A stretch of 64,000 nucleotides of DNA from an uncultured Verrucomicrobiae bacterium (GCA_963735805.1 CAVTMK010000002.1:96001-160000), one strand, 5' to 3'; numbered from the stretch's first letter, positions 10,366-21,015 are shown. Numbers and translations: made by a program. Notes: generated from the letters alone by a model not told the origin.

Positions 10366-10917
10366 ATGAACTCGTTCCAAACTTTATTGATTGCGCTGAT
10401 TTTCTTCCTGGTCGGCGGCTTCGCTGCGCGGGCTCAAACGCCGGAAGCAAAATCGTCCACCCCGTTGAAAGCCGTCGCGGTGCTTCAACCTACCGCAGGC
10501 AACAAGGTGAGCGGCACTGTTACATTCACCAAAGCAGCCGATGGGGTACAAGTTCGGGCGGAGATCACCGGCCTGACTCCTGGCAACCATGGTTTTCATG
10601 TTCACGAGTTCGGCGATTGCAGCGCAGCCGATGCGAGTTCGGCGGGCGCTCACTTCAATCCGACCCACAAACCGCATGCGGGACCTGAGGTACCTGAACG
10701 GCATGTGGGCGATATGGGAAACATCCAGGCGGATGCGTCGGGCAAGGCGAAGCTGGACTACGTGGATCATCAAATCTCGCTCACGAACGACGAACGCTCG
10801 GTGATTGGGCGTTCTGTCGTAGTTCACGCGAAGGCGGACGATCTCAAATCCCAGCCTTCTGGCGACTCCGGCGCCCGAGTTGCCTGTGGCGCGATTGGCT
10901 TGGCAAAAAGCCAATGA
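10366..10917 (+). CDS. sodC: Periplasmic Cu/Zn superoxide dismutase
   Basis: Signal peptide; HGFHVH, GAHFNP, RHVGDMGN, VVH, GARVACG. Confidence 0.95.
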   Translation: MNSFQTLLIALIFFLVGGFAARAQTPEAKSSTPLKAVAVLQPTAGNKVSGTVTFTKAADGVQVRAEITGLTPGNHGFHVHEFGDCSAADASSAGAHFNPTHKPHAGPEVPERHVGDMGNIQADASGKAKLDYVDHQISLTNDERSVIGRSVVVHAKADDLKSQPSGDSGARVACGAIGLAKSQ

Positions 10918-11049
10918 TCGCAGATCGAAGAGACTGTTCATCCCAAGCCGCTTAGCACACGCAATCCCGGTAATTTTTTGTGAAATCTCTTTGCTCGACA
11001 GCACGGATTTCATCTGATCAAATTGGAAAAATCACTGCTGTCCACGCCT

Positions 11050-11448
11050 ATGCCACGAATACCCAAAACTGAATTGTCGCCGGATAACGGCTGCGTCATC
11101 GACATGAAATGGCAAATTGGTCCGCTGAGTTATCACGCTTCTGCGGCCGGGAAAGAGCCCGTACCGCTCGTGACGCAATCGACTCGTCTGCCGGAAATCG
11201 TGCTTTACGATCACGTTGGATTCAAAGGTGCCTACGCCCGCACCAACTTGAGTTTCCATTACGTCGGCGACTTTTGGAACGACCGCATCAGTTGTCTGAT
11301 CGTGGTGAGCGGCGTATGGCGATTTTATCGCGACGATTATTACAAAGGTCCATATTGGGATCTCGGCCCAGGCTATTACGAAAGCTTCTTTGCCGCAAAA
11401 GGCCCTGACGACGTCGTCAGCTCCTTTCAGTGTATCGCGCTGACGTAG
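11050..11448 (+). CDS. Beta/gamma-crystallin domain protein
   Basis: Greek-key motifs LYDHVGFKG...WNDRISC and FYRDDYYKG...DDVVSSF. Confidence 0.75.
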   Translation: MPRIPKTELSPDNGCVIDMKWQIGPLSYHASAAGKEPVPLVTQSTRLPEIVLYDHVGFKGAYARTNLSFHYVGDFWNDRISCLIVVSGVWRFYRDDYYKGPYWDLGPGYYESFFAAKGPDDVVSSFQCIALT

Positions 11449-11568
11449 CCAGGGGCGGATTAGACCCGCTCTGTTCCGCTTGAAGTACATACGGTAAAGG
11501 TTTCGACTTGCAGCCATGCGCGCCTTCCGACGCAGACGCCGGTCTTGTGTCTCGCTAGAAGAAGAGAG

Positions 11569-12525
11569 CTAACCAGACGCTCTGCTGAGCCGAAGAATTT
11601 CTGCGGCACAGCCCCACGACAGCGTGAAGCCGGAACCGCCGTGACCGTAGTTATGGACGACAGCGCGGCCGTCGCGCAACCGAGCGCCCTCGACCCGCAC
11701 GCCTGATGTGCGAAATGGACGCAGCCCAACGCGCTCGACGAGCACATTCGGTTTCTCAATTTTCAACGCCCCGCTGCACTCCGCGACGATTCGAGCGGTT
11801 GCTTTGTAGTCAACCGCAAGATCGTCGCTGAGATCGTTTGTGCCTCCAAAGACGCAATCGTTCCTGCGCGGGATTGCGTACATGATCGGGGCGTCATCAC
11901 AAACGACGGCGTACGGAAGAGCTTTGATCCTCGGAACGATCGCGACCTGGCCGCGATGCGACTCAAGATCGGCATCGTGGACGAGTTCGCGAGCGCCGAT
12001 TCCGGCGCAGTTAATCACAAGATCGAATTTTGGATCGACGTCTTCGAGTTTTGCGAAATGTAAATTTTCCGTAATTGTGCCGCCTGCGCTGCGAAATCGG
12101 TTTGCGAGGTAATCGAGATAAATGGTTGTGTCCATCAGCGGAACGTTGATGGCAAAGCCGCTGATGAATTCGCGGGATTCCTCGACTTCGCTCGGAATGA
12201 CGGGATGCGCCCCCAACGGGCGCGCCCAATCTGGAATCTGAATTTCTTTAGTGCGCGAAAATTGGCGCAGCTCGATCATGGAAACGCCGCTCTCCGGACT
12301 GCCAGCAAGATCGATAGCTGCCTGGAAGGTCTTGAGCGCCCACGGGATAACTTTGTCCGCGGGTTCCACATCGTAAGGGAACCAGAGCGCCGCAGCGGCC
12401 GCCGAAGTTGTTTGCTGGCCAATTTCTTTGGCGAAGATCGCGACGCGATGCCCGCGCTCGACGAAAACGACGCCGCAGGTGAGACCGGAGACGCCCGCCC
12501 CGACGATTGCCACCTGATGAGTCAT
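11569..12525 (-). CDS. D-amino acid oxidase-like FAD oxidoreductase
   Basis: GAGVSG, TTSAAAAALW, INCAGIGA, RGQ, VGLRP, HNYGHGGSGFTLSWG. Confidence 0.88.
   Translation of the reverse strand: MTHQVAIVGAGVSGLTCGVVFVERGHRVAIFAKEIGQQTTSAAAAALWFPYDVEPADKVIPWALKTFQAAIDLAGSPESGVSMIELRQFSRTKEIQIPDWARPLGAHPVIPSEVEESREFISGFAINVPLMDTTIYLDYLANRFRSAGGTITENLHFAKLEDVDPKFDLVINCAGIGARELVHDADLESHRGQVAIVPRIKALPYAVVCDDAPIMYAIPRRNDCVFGGTNDLSDDLAVDYKATARIVAECSGALKIEKPNVLVERVGLRPFRTSGVRVEGARLRDGRAVVHNYGHGGSGFTLSWGCAAEILRLSRASG
12176..12201 (-). repeat. Half copy of family A palindrome inside the oxidase ORF, read in-frame as VIPSEVEES
   Basis: Reverse complement gtcattccgagcgaagtcgaggaatc matches 4709-4734. Confidence 0.8.
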
Positions 12526-12575
12526 CGGAATCATCTACGTGCAATGAGCCGCGGCGTCATATAAAATGCCGGGCA

Positions 12576-13667
12576 ATGGTTTCTTTAAACCGAGATGGAC
12601 TGACGGAGAAGGTGCTCGCGAGCGAACGAATTTCGATGGATGAAGCGCTCGAATTATACCGTCGCCCTCTGGAAGAATTGGGCGCGCTGGCGAATGCCAG
12701 GCGCGATTTGGCAAAGACGAAAAGCTACGACGGACACGGACACGAGATCGTCACCTACATTGTCGATCGAAACATCAATTACACGAATGTCTGCAATGTT
12801 TACTGCAAGTTCTGCGCGTTTTACCGAACGGAAAAAGAGGAAGATCATTACGTGCTTTCATTCGAGCAGATCGATCAGAAACTCGACGAACTTTCTTCCG
12901 TCGGGGGTGTTCAAATCCTGATGCAAGGCGGGCATCATCCGAAGTTGCCGTTCCAATGGTATATCGATCTCTTGCATCACATCCGCGAAAAATATCCGCA
13001 TATCAATATTCATGGATTCAGTCCCCCGGAGTTTCAGCATTTTGCGGAGACCTTCGGAATGCCGTTAAGCGAAGTAATTTCGGAATTCAGGAAGGCCGGG
13101 CTCGGATCAATTCCGGGCGGTGGCGGAGAAATTCTGGTGGACCGGGTGCGAAAGAAAATTTCGCCATTGAAGATTAACAGCGATCAATGGTTGGAGGTGA
13201 TGCAAACAGCGCACGAACTCGGATTGAAATCCAGCGCGACGATGATGTTTGGACATGTGGAAACCATTGAAGACCGGGTGGAGCATTTACGCCGCATCCG
13301 TGATCAACAGGACCGTAGCGGTGGATTTACTGCGTTCATCTGCTGGACATTTCAGCCGCAGCATACCGTCCTGAAGATCAAACATCCGACAGGCGTGGCG
13401 GAGTATTTGCGGATGCAGGCACTCGCCCGGATTTTTTTGGACAACATCGATAATGTGCAAAGCTCCTGGGTAACGCAGGGTCCGGAGATTGGCCAGATCG
13501 CGCTCAGATACGGCGCGAACGATTTTGGATCGGTGATGATGGAAGAGAACGTCGTCAGCAGCGCGGGAACAACATTTCGATTAGATGCCGGGCAAATTGA
13601 ATCGCTTATTCGTGAGGCAGGTTACGACCCCCGTCGGCGAAATAACTGGTATGAACTTTTGAATTGA
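12576..13667 (+). CDS. mqnC: Cyclic dehypoxanthinyl futalosine synthase (radical SAM)
   Basis: DRNINYTNVCNVYCKFCAF, QGGHHP, SIPGGGGEIL, QSSWVTQG, GANDFGSVMMEENVV. Confidence 0.88.
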   Translation: MVSLNRDGLTEKVLASERISMDEALELYRRPLEELGALANARRDLAKTKSYDGHGHEIVTYIVDRNINYTNVCNVYCKFCAFYRTEKEEDHYVLSFEQIDQKLDELSSVGGVQILMQGGHHPKLPFQWYIDLLHHIREKYPHINIHGFSPPEFQHFAETFGMPLSEVISEFRKAGLGSIPGGGGEILVDRVRKKISPLKINSDQWLEVMQTAHELGLKSSATMMFGHVETIEDRVEHLRRIRDQQDRSGGFTAFICWTFQPQHTVLKIKHPTGVAEYLRMQALARIFLDNIDNVQSSWVTQGPEIGQIALRYGANDFGSVMMEENVVSSAGTTFRLDAGQIESLIREAGYDPRRRNNWYELLN

Positions 13668-13796
13668 ACCAACCCGCGCCGATGTCTAAACCAATTGCTG
13701 CCGTGAAAACTCACCTTGACGACTGACGCCTTCTTTCCGATATAGCCGCCTGTCCTGCGTGGGCTCGCTTACGCGGGGCCGCGCGCTTCTTAACCT

Positions 13797-16133
13797 ATGA
13801 GATATTTTTCTGGATGGATGCGCCCCCCGCCATTTGTAATCTGGGCCGCTTCGATTTGCGCGCTGCTCGGCGCCACGATGGCCCGCGCGCAGGCACCTCA
13901 GGGGGCGCCCCCGGCACCTCCCATCATCCGCTCAATTGATGTCGAATACACGGGGCCCGGCACCGTTAGCAAGGAACGAATTCTTGCGCAAATGCGGACC
14001 AGGGTGGGCCAGCCATATTCCAATGAGATAGTCGAGGACGACATCGCAGCGCTCTACAAGACTGGCGCGATTCAAAACGTTCGCATTTTTGCCCAGCCGC
14101 AAGGGGACGGAGTGAAAGTGATCGTCGCGGTGCAGACCCGTTCGATCCTCCGCGAAATCGTGATTGATGGAGCCGAGCGGGTAAAACCGCAGAGGTTGCG
14201 CAAAGAAATTAAATTGAAACTCAATCAGCCGGTTGACGAACAGCAGCTAGAACAGGCACGCCAGAAAATCATCGAGGTCTATCAGGGACGCGGCTATAAC
14301 GACGTCAGCGTTCAATTTCGAATAGATCCAATCGATGAGAAACGCGGAACGGCACGCGTTGTTTACACTATCACCGAAGGAGCGAGAGGGGCGGTCAGCC
14401 GGATTGAGTTCGAGGGAAATCAGCACATCAGCGCAAAAGTGCTACGCAAACAGATGAAGACGCGCGGCAGAACCCTCATCTATTTCATGGATAAGTCAGG
14501 GCGCCTGGACGAGGCCCAGTTGCAACAGGATCTCGACAAAGTCCGCGAATATTACCAGGACCACGGCTACATCGATGTCGAAATCAAAGACGTGCGCAGG
14601 GAACGCAAAGAGAAGGGTCCAATGATTCTCACCGTCGTGATTGCTGAAGGGCCGCAGTATCACGTTCGCAACCTGACCGTTACAGGTTTCCACGTTGCAA
14701 GGGAGGATAAGATTCGCGGTCTGCTAAAAATGAAGCAAGGCAGCGTCTATTCGCCGAAACAGCTACGGGATGACGCGAAGGCGATAGCCGATGCTTACGG
14801 CAGCGGTGGTTATGTCGATCTCGTGGTCCAGCCGGAAGGCGCGCCAGCCGGCCCTGCTTTGATCGATGTCCATTATAATATCGAGGAGGGCGTTCGATCG
14901 TTCGTAAATCGGGTTAACATCGAAGGCAATACACGCACCAAGGATAAGGTCATCCGACGCGAAGTGCTCGTTGCGCCCGGGGACGTATTTAACACGGTAC
15001 GGGTGGACATCACCAAAAAACGCCTGGAGAACCTGGGTTATTTCGCGAAAGTTGAAACTTATCCGGAGGATACCGACATCCCCGGACGCAAGGACCTCAC
15101 CATCCTGGTCCAGGAAAAACGGACCGGGTCGCTTAGCTTTGGCGGGGGATACAGCACAGTCGATCAGTTGGTTGGGTTCGCCGAACTGACCCAGGGCAAT
15201 TTCGATATCTTTAACTGGCCTTCTTTCACCGGGGGAGGCCAGAAATTCAGGCTGCGCATTCAATACGGCACGGAGCGGAAAGACATGGTCCTTCAAATAA
15301 CTGAGCCGTACTTTCTCGATCGACGACTGTCGTTGAGCTTTCAGGCATTCTATACGGAGGCAAATTACTTGAGTGCCCAGTATGACCAGCGCAATTACGG
15401 GTTCTCGTTTGAGTTGCGCAAGCCGATCAATAGCTTCACGTATGCGAGCCTCGGGTACATGCTTCAGGACGTAGACATTTTCAATGTGGATCCCAGCGCC
15501 GGTGATTTTATTTTGTCACAACAAGGCTCGACTGTGGAGAGCAAGATCTTTAGCAGCGTGGTATATGATACACGCGACAATCCACTGCTCTCCCGCAAGG
15601 GACAGCGCATTACCTTTTCACCTATGATAGCGGGGGGTTTTCTTGGAGGCGATACCCAGATTTACGGCATCGACTTGGAGGGATCGCAATACTTTCATCT
15701 GCCCTGGGACACCATCCTGCTGATCAATGGTGAAGTCTCGACCGTAAGCCAATGGGGCAGTGAAGGCGACGTGCCGATTTTCGAACGTCTTTTTCTCGGC
15801 GGCGCAAATAATCTTCGCGGATTTCCGTTTCGCGAGGTTGGTCCGCAAGACGAGAACGGCGAACCGGTCGGCGGAAAATCAATGTGGCGCACGACGATTG
15901 AATGGACTTTCCCGATCATCGAAAAGGCCAGAGGCGCAGTTTTTTACGACACTGGTTTTGTTAACACCAGCGAATGGTCGTTCGGTTTCAATCATATCGC
16001 CTCCGACATTGGTGTCGGACTCCGGCTCGATTTGCCGATCGGCCCGCTACGGCTCGATTATGGCTATCCGATACAGCGTGACGGATACAACGGCGGTGGG
16101 CATTTCAACTTCAGCGTAGGCTATCAATTTTGA
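13797..16133 (+). CDS. bamA: Outer membrane protein assembly factor BamA
   Basis: POTRA repeats, GNTRTKDKVIRRE, LRGF, C-terminal FNFSVGYQF. Confidence 0.95.
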   Translation: MRYFSGWMRPPPFVIWAASICALLGATMARAQAPQGAPPAPPIIRSIDVEYTGPGTVSKERILAQMRTRVGQPYSNEIVEDDIAALYKTGAIQNVRIFAQPQGDGVKVIVAVQTRSILREIVIDGAERVKPQRLRKEIKLKLNQPVDEQQLEQARQKIIEVYQGRGYNDVSVQFRIDPIDEKRGTARVVYTITEGARGAVSRIEFEGNQHISAKVLRKQMKTRGRTLIYFMDKSGRLDEAQLQQDLDKVREYYQDHGYIDVEIKDVRRERKEKGPMILTVVIAEGPQYHVRNLTVTGFHVAREDKIRGLLKMKQGSVYSPKQLRDDAKAIADAYGSGGYVDLVVQPEGAPAGPALIDVHYNIEEGVRSFVNRVNIEGNTRTKDKVIRREVLVAPGDVFNTVRVDITKKRLENLGYFAKVETYPEDTDIPGRKDLTILVQEKRTGSLSFGGGYSTVDQLVGFAELTQGNFDIFNWPSFTGGGQKFRLRIQYGTERKDMVLQITEPYFLDRRLSLSFQAFYTEANYLSAQYDQRNYGFSFELRKPINSFTYASLGYMLQDVDIFNVDPSAGDFILSQQGSTVESKIFSSVVYDTRDNPLLSRKGQRITFSPMIAGGFLGGDTQIYGIDLEGSQYFHLPWDTILLINGEVSTVSQWGSEGDVPIFERLFLGGANNLRGFPFREVGPQDENGEPVGGKSMWRTTIEWTFPIIEKARGAVFYDTGFVNTSEWSFGFNHIASDIGVGLRLDLPIGPLRLDYGYPIQRDGYNGGGHFNFSVGYQF

Positions 16134-16188
16134 ACGAATATATGTGGTTGCAGTCTAACGCGATTCCAAGCACTGTATCCTCCATTTT

Positions 16189-16821
16189 ATGAAAAACTCT
16201 CTATCCATAATCTCTGCGCTGACGCTCCTATTTCCGATCGGTGCCTTCGCTCAAGGCACACTAAAAATCGGAACGGTTGATATGCAGCGCGCGTTTAAGG
16301 AATACAACAAGACCAAGGAAGCCGAATCAAAAATCAATGATGCTAAAAATTCCGCCAAGAAAGAGTACGATGATCGAGCGGAGGCATACAAAAAGGCGCT
16401 GGACGAAATCAATAATCTGAACAAGCAGCTCGAGTCAGCGGCCCTGAGCGCGGACAAGAAGACGCAAACCGCGAAGGAGCGGGACGACAAGATTGCCAAC
16501 ATCAAAAACATGGAGCGAGAGATCAGCGATTTCCGTCAAACCCGCGAGCGCCAATTACAAGAACAGTTGATGCGGATGCGAGAGGGAATCGTAAAGGAAA
16601 TCACCGATGTGGTGATGGAGAAAGTTAAAGCCAACAATCTGGATCTGGTTTTCGACAAGTCCGGTATGAGCATAAACGGTGTCCCCGTCCTGATGTACTC
16701 ACACGACAACATTGATTTTACGAACGACGTCATCGCAGTGCTCAACAGACCAGGCCGGGCTCCGAGCTCGACGGCGAAAGCAAATCCATCCGCCGCTCCG
16801 TCAAGACCCGCGAAGCCCTAA
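16189..16821 (+). CDS. skp: Periplasmic chaperone Skp/OmpH
   Basis: KIGTVDMQ, coiled coil, LDLVFDK, DFTNDVI; follows bamA. Confidence 0.9.
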   Translation: MKNSLSIISALTLLFPIGAFAQGTLKIGTVDMQRAFKEYNKTKEAESKINDAKNSAKKEYDDRAEAYKKALDEINNLNKQLESAALSADKKTQTAKERDDKIANIKNMEREISDFRQTRERQLQEQLMRMREGIVKEITDVVMEKVKANNLDLVFDKSGMSINGVPVLMYSHDNIDFTNDVIAVLNRPGRAPSSTAKANPSAAPSRPAKP

Positions 16822-16842
16822 TATTTACATTCGACAATTTGG

Positions 16843-16878
16843 AAATACACGCGAGCTAAACTCGCGTGTATTTTTTTT
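16843..16878 (+). terminator. Rho-independent terminator after skp
   Basis: aaatacacgcgag-ctaaa-ctcgcgtgtattt followed by T-run. Confidence 0.85.
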
Positions 16879-16918
16879 CGTACGAATGAAAAGCAGCGAT
16901 CGATACAAAACGGAAACA

Positions 16919-17758
16919 ATGGCCGGGCGGTTGCTGCCCGCGAAAATATCGATTCTAATCAGACCTCGAATTCTGCCCGCGATTTTTGCATTTCTCGCGT
17001 TCGCCTCAAGCTCACTTGCGGAGAATTGGCAGGCGACGCTTAGCAAAGATCCGGCAGGAAATTTCCCGGAGCTGCGCCCCTTGCATGCGTCCTACCGCTT
17101 TGGGTGGTCTGGCCTTACCGCAGCTACTGGTGACGTCCACTTCTCAAAGCCATCAGAAAACAGGTTTCAATTGGACGGAACGGGTCGAACCATTGGGTTT
17201 GTTCGGGCGTTGTGGAAATTCGATGTGAATTATCAGGCAGTCGCCACGGCAGTGACATTGCGGCCCATCAAAACCGAGCAAACCGAAAATTACCGTTCGA
17301 AAAAAATTGGCACGCATCTCATTTTCACAAATGCGGGGGTGACTCGCACAAGAACAGAGGATAAAGGGCAAGCCGAAACGAAAACCCGCCAGTTCAATTT
17401 CCCGAATCTCTTCGATCTTTTCTCAGCCATGCTTTATTTGCGCAGCCAGCCGCTTAAAGATCACAGCGTCTATCGTGTCGTGGCCTATCCGGCGACCAAT
17501 GCTTACCTTGCTACTGTCACGGTGATTGGCCGGGAAAAAATGTCAGTGCATGCCGGGAGCTACAATGCGATCAAACTTGATTTGCAGCTCAAACGGATTG
17601 GCAAGCATCTCGAATTAGAACCGCACCGGAAATTTCGGCGCGCTACGATCTGGGTGTCGGATGATGCCGAGCGACTTCTGCTTCGCATCGAAGCGCAAGT
17701 GTTCGTCGGCACAGTCTTTGCTGAACTGCAATCAGTACGCTTTGACAATGCTAAATAG
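16919..17758 (+). CDS. DUF3108-like exported beta-sheet protein
   Basis: YRFGWSG, DLFSAMLYLR, VHAGSYNA, IWVSDDAERLLLRI; start uncertain. Confidence 0.7.
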   Translation: MAGRLLPAKISILIRPRILPAIFAFLAFASSSLAENWQATLSKDPAGNFPELRPLHASYRFGWSGLTAATGDVHFSKPSENRFQLDGTGRTIGFVRALWKFDVNYQAVATAVTLRPIKTEQTENYRSKKIGTHLIFTNAGVTRTRTEDKGQAETKTRQFNFPNLFDLFSAMLYLRSQPLKDHSVYRVVAYPATNAYLATVTVIGREKMSVHAGSYNAIKLDLQLKRIGKHLELEPHRKFRRATIWVSDDAERLLLRIEAQVFVGTVFAELQSVRFDNAK

Positions 17759-17805
17759 CGGATGCGTCTCGTCCTTGGCGACGATGCAGAGAAATTCGCG
17801 CAATG

Positions 17806-18549
17806 TCATTCGGGAACCCATTCACCGCGAACGGGCGGGCCAGGCGGGTGACGCCACCTTCTGCGTGAAGGATCGTAAAATGGTTGGCGTGGCCGCGGCA
17901 ACAGGCGAAGCGCGGCGAGAGTCTCCAAATCAAGCCGGCCCGTTGTGGGAATTTTAGTGCGCGCTTGATATGCCCGGAGGGAAAGCTCCATCGCGGGACC
18001 ATACACTCCGTTGATCTCTTCGTGATAGAGGTCGCTTCGGGCCAGCGCGATTTGAGCAGAAGCGATCACATTGCGTTGCACGTCGGGCGGGGCAGTTTCA
18101 AAAGGCGTTCGAGCAAGGACTCCCGACGGCACAGTATCTGGGGCCACAGGGGCCGATGGATACACTTGTTGGTGTTGTGGCGTATCCGGAAGAGGCCGAA
18201 CCGCTGTGGGCGTCCTATTCGCTTCTTCGGCCGGAGATTGTTCGCCACTCGTTGCTACAGCGGGGCTGGGTGACGCAGACTTTGTGGCAGGTTGTGCAGA
18301 GCCAGAAGAATTAAGTCCAAGAGATTGAAGTGTCTCACCGTTGAGCTGACCATTCACCTGCAGTCCGTTCCGAATTTGATAGCGGCGAACGGCCGCAGTT
18401 AAATCCGAACTCATCTGACCGGTGACCTCGCCATAGTAAAAGCCCTGGTCTTTCAACGCTTGCTGGACGCTCTGAATCATCTGGTCCGCTCGCGTCAGCG
18501 TGAGCGATCCGATGAAGATGAAGATCAGCAAAGCGATCTTGGCCTTCAT
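17806..18549 (-). CDS. Secreted protein with two peptidoglycan-binding (PG_binding_1) domains
   Basis: VQQALKDQGFY...AVRRYQIRNGLQVNG and AQIAL...GVYGP..LRAYQ...TGRLD. Confidence 0.85.
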   Translation of the reverse strand: MKAKIALLIFIFIGSLTLTRADQMIQSVQQALKDQGFYYGEVTGQMSSDLTAAVRRYQIRNGLQVNGQLNGETLQSLGLNSSGSAQPATKSASPSPAVATSGEQSPAEEANRTPTAVRPLPDTPQHQQVYPSAPVAPDTVPSGVLARTPFETAPPDVQRNVIASAQIALARSDLYHEEINGVYGPAMELSLRAYQARTKIPTTGRLDLETLAALRLLPRPRQPFYDPSRRRWRHPPGPPVRGEWVPE

Positions 18550-18586
18550 TTTGGTGCTATTTGGACGCGTTCGGTTTTCTGCCTAT

Positions 18587-19378
18587 TCAGCGTTTTCCCG
18601 GATCTGTCACCGCTAATGTTGGCTTACGCTGTCTGGCGTCACGAAAATGCAAAATTCCGTCGGCCACGGCTGCCGCAATCTGATCGCGGTAATCTTGGCT
18701 GGTGAGTTTGGAAATATCCTCCTTGTTAGTGAGAAATCCTCCTTCGATCAAGACGGCGGGAGAACTCACGTTTGCGATCACGAAAAATTGTCCGGGTTGT
18801 GTGCCCCGATTGATGGCCCTGGTGCGGGCAACCAGCGCTTCCTGAACAAGTCCCGCAAGTCTTTGACTTTCAGGATTCGGCGAATCGGAAAGAGGCCTCC
18901 ATAAAAAAGGCAACCAGGAAGCGACAAACGAGCCTGCGGTGATTTGATGTGCAGCGTAGTAAGTTTCCACCCCACTGGCGACGGGCTTGTTGTCTTCGTT
19001 GAAATGAATACTGACGAAAATGCAATTTCTGATCCGGTTAGCGAATGCCGCGCGATCTGCCAATGAAACATAAGTATCTCCAAGGCGAGTCATCACAGTC
19101 GCAATTCCTTCCGAGTCGAGCAATCGATCGATTCGTCGCGCCACGTCCAAAGTCAGATCTTTTTCGAGTAACCCTCCGCACATTGCGCCGGAATCCTGTC
19201 CGCCATGGCCAGGATCGAGAATGACCACGGCGAATGGACCAGGTGCAGCCGAGGGCTGCGCTAGCCTCGGTTCCAGGGGCGGCTTAGTTCTTTCCGTCTG
19301 GCGCAACTGCATCCAGACGAAAGACGCCGTCATCAGCAACAAGCCCGAGAGAGCCAGGATATTCCGAAGCGATTTCAT
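18587..19378 (-). CDS. N-acetylmuramoyl-L-alanine amidase (Amidase_3)
   Basis: ILDPGHGG, EK, FVSIHFN, PAVLIEGGFLTN. Confidence 0.92.
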   Translation of the reverse strand: MKSLRNILALSGLLLMTASFVWMQLRQTERTKPPLEPRLAQPSAAPGPFAVVILDPGHGGQDSGAMCGGLLEKDLTLDVARRIDRLLDSEGIATVMTRLGDTYVSLADRAAFANRIRNCIFVSIHFNEDNKPVASGVETYYAAHQITAGSFVASWLPFLWRPLSDSPNPESQRLAGLVQEALVARTRAINRGTQPGQFFVIANVSSPAVLIEGGFLTNKEDISKLTSQDYRDQIAAAVADGILHFRDARQRKPTLAVTDPGKR

Positions 19379-19414
19379 TTATAATCTCCGGACAATAATT
19401 TTTCCTCATATATA

Positions 19415-20194
19415 TTAGTCGCGGATCAGGGGACGTAATTCTTTGTCTGATAACGAACGATAGCGGATTGCCCTACCGGCGTCACGCTCAAGCACTGCCG
19501 CCTCTATTCCCGCAATGGCAAGCTGTTCCTGTCGATGTTTGGTGACGGCAGCTCGCTCTGGTGGTTCCTTTGTATCGCTGGTCTGTAAAGTCATGTGCCC
19601 GATGCTCCACGCGTCGAGCGCCGAGTTCAATGCCGTCTCAAGGTTTGCGTCCGGCGCGTGCCGAGCGCCGAGAAATGTTTCCATTAACTCCCTTGATTGC
19701 TGTGTCCCGCTGAGCGCCGCGAAGTTCTGCCGCGCTTCCGCGAACGTTGCACCATTCGTCGCGATCTCACCGTCATACTCGACGCGTATAAATAAATCGT
19801 CTTCGGGTCGCTCTCCCACTTCAGCGAACAGCATCCGGGCGAGGTACGGCGCGCCGTAGATCTGTTCAAACGCGCTCTTCATCACCGGACTGAGCGAGTA
19901 ATGCACCAGCCGCCGCAGTGAAACATCTGTGGAAGATCGGGTGAATCCTTCGGTGCTGGCCAGTTCGATCGCCGCCATTCGCAAGCGCTCGATATCTCCT
20001 GGATGACCAATCGCGCCCATGGCGATTCGGTCGTAGATCTCAAAAATTTTCTGCCGCGTCTGACCGAGAGTGAGAAACAAAACACCGTCGCGGTAACCGA
20101 GCGCAGCAATCGGGCTGCCCGGAGCAAGTTGCGATTCGATGTACTCGCGGCGATTGGCGATCGCCTCGACCCAACGATACGGTTCTTCAATCAT
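19415..20194 (-). CDS. prcA: 20S proteasome alpha subunit
   Basis: GSPIAALGYRDG, KIFEIYDRI; ATGA overlap with the beta gene. Confidence 0.85.
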   Translation of the reverse strand: MIEEPYRWVEAIANRREYIESQLAPGSPIAALGYRDGVLFLTLGQTRQKIFEIYDRIAMGAIGHPGDIERLRMAAIELASTEGFTRSSTDVSLRRLVHYSLSPVMKSAFEQIYGAPYLARMLFAEVGERPEDDLFIRVEYDGEIATNGATFAEARQNFAALSGTQQSRELMETFLGARHAPDANLETALNSALDAWSIGHMTLQTSDTKEPPERAAVTKHRQEQLAIAGIEAAVLERDAGRAIRYRSLSDKELRPLIRD

Positions 20195-21015
20195 GCAACC
20201 GTTTCCTTGAACACCGCCGCGATTTTAGCTTCAGGCAAAGTCGTGATGCCTTCGCTCGATACAATCTTGATAAGCGGATAAATTTTGCCACTGCGATCTA
20301 CGCCGCCTGTCGATGTGTCGGATTCCGCTGCGGTATCCAATGCGCGCAACGCAACCGTTACCGCTTCTTCTTCGTTCAATTCGTGCAGCGGCTTCGCGCC
20401 CCAATTGTTTTCGTAATAGAGAATGCCGCGGACCGCTGGCGATCCGGACCCCGTGGCCGCGTAATCCGTCACTTCAAATTGCGCTCCCATCGCATCATAA
20501 AAATAAAGGCGCGCCTCCGGCCTCGGATGAGGATTGTAGGTCGCGAAAATTGGCACAACTATTCCCACGCCCTGCATGACGAACCCGAAATTGTCACGCA
20601 ACAATTTGGATAGAGCGCGTACTTTCCCATCGACGCTCATTTCCTGTAGCTGCGTTCGGCGAAAATATTGGAACGAGTGTTCGAGCACGCGCGCCATTTC
20701 CCACGCAGTGGCTGGCACACCAGCAATGGCCATGATCGAATTCCGATCGATTTCCAAAACTTTGTCCGCGCGATCATATACAACGGTATTCCCAGCCGTG
20801 GCGCGGCGGTCGCCTGCTACCAACACGCCTCCGGAAAATTTGAAGGCGAGAATTGTGGTTGCCTCGGTTGGTTGCCAGATTTTTTGCGGGGTTTCCGTTT
20901 GCGGTAGCGGATTCGCAGCAGCCGGGGTCAGCAAACCTCTGCGACGCAACAGCGCAGGAAAATCGCCGGATGCGCCAGAAAAATTCTGGTCAAACGCCAC
21001 CGGGGAGCGCTCCAT
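20191..21015 (-). CDS. prcB: 20S proteasome beta subunit with ~52-aa propeptide
   Basis: TTILAFKFSGGVLVAGDRRATAG, ATGSGS, DTSTGG; TAATG coupling with ubact. Confidence 0.9.
   Translation of the reverse strand: MERSPVAFDQNFSGASGDFPALLRRRGLLTPAAANPLPQTETPQKIWQPTEATTILAFKFSGGVLVAGDRRATAGNTVVYDRADKVLEIDRNSIMAIAGVPATAWEMARVLEHSFQYFRRTQLQEMSVDGKVRALSKLLRDNFGFVMQGVGIVVPIFATYNPHPRPEARLYFYDAMGAQFEVTDYAATGSGSPAVRGILYYENNWGAKPLHELNEEEAVTVALRALDTAAESDTSTGGVDRSGKIYPLIKIVSSEGITTLPEAKIAAVFKETVA

Noticed and set aside
5964..11013. Long antisense ORFs (5964-6674, 10384-11013) and similar shadows elsewhere
   Set aside because: They lie opposite well-supported genes and have no recognisable motifs, as expected in GC-rich DNA.
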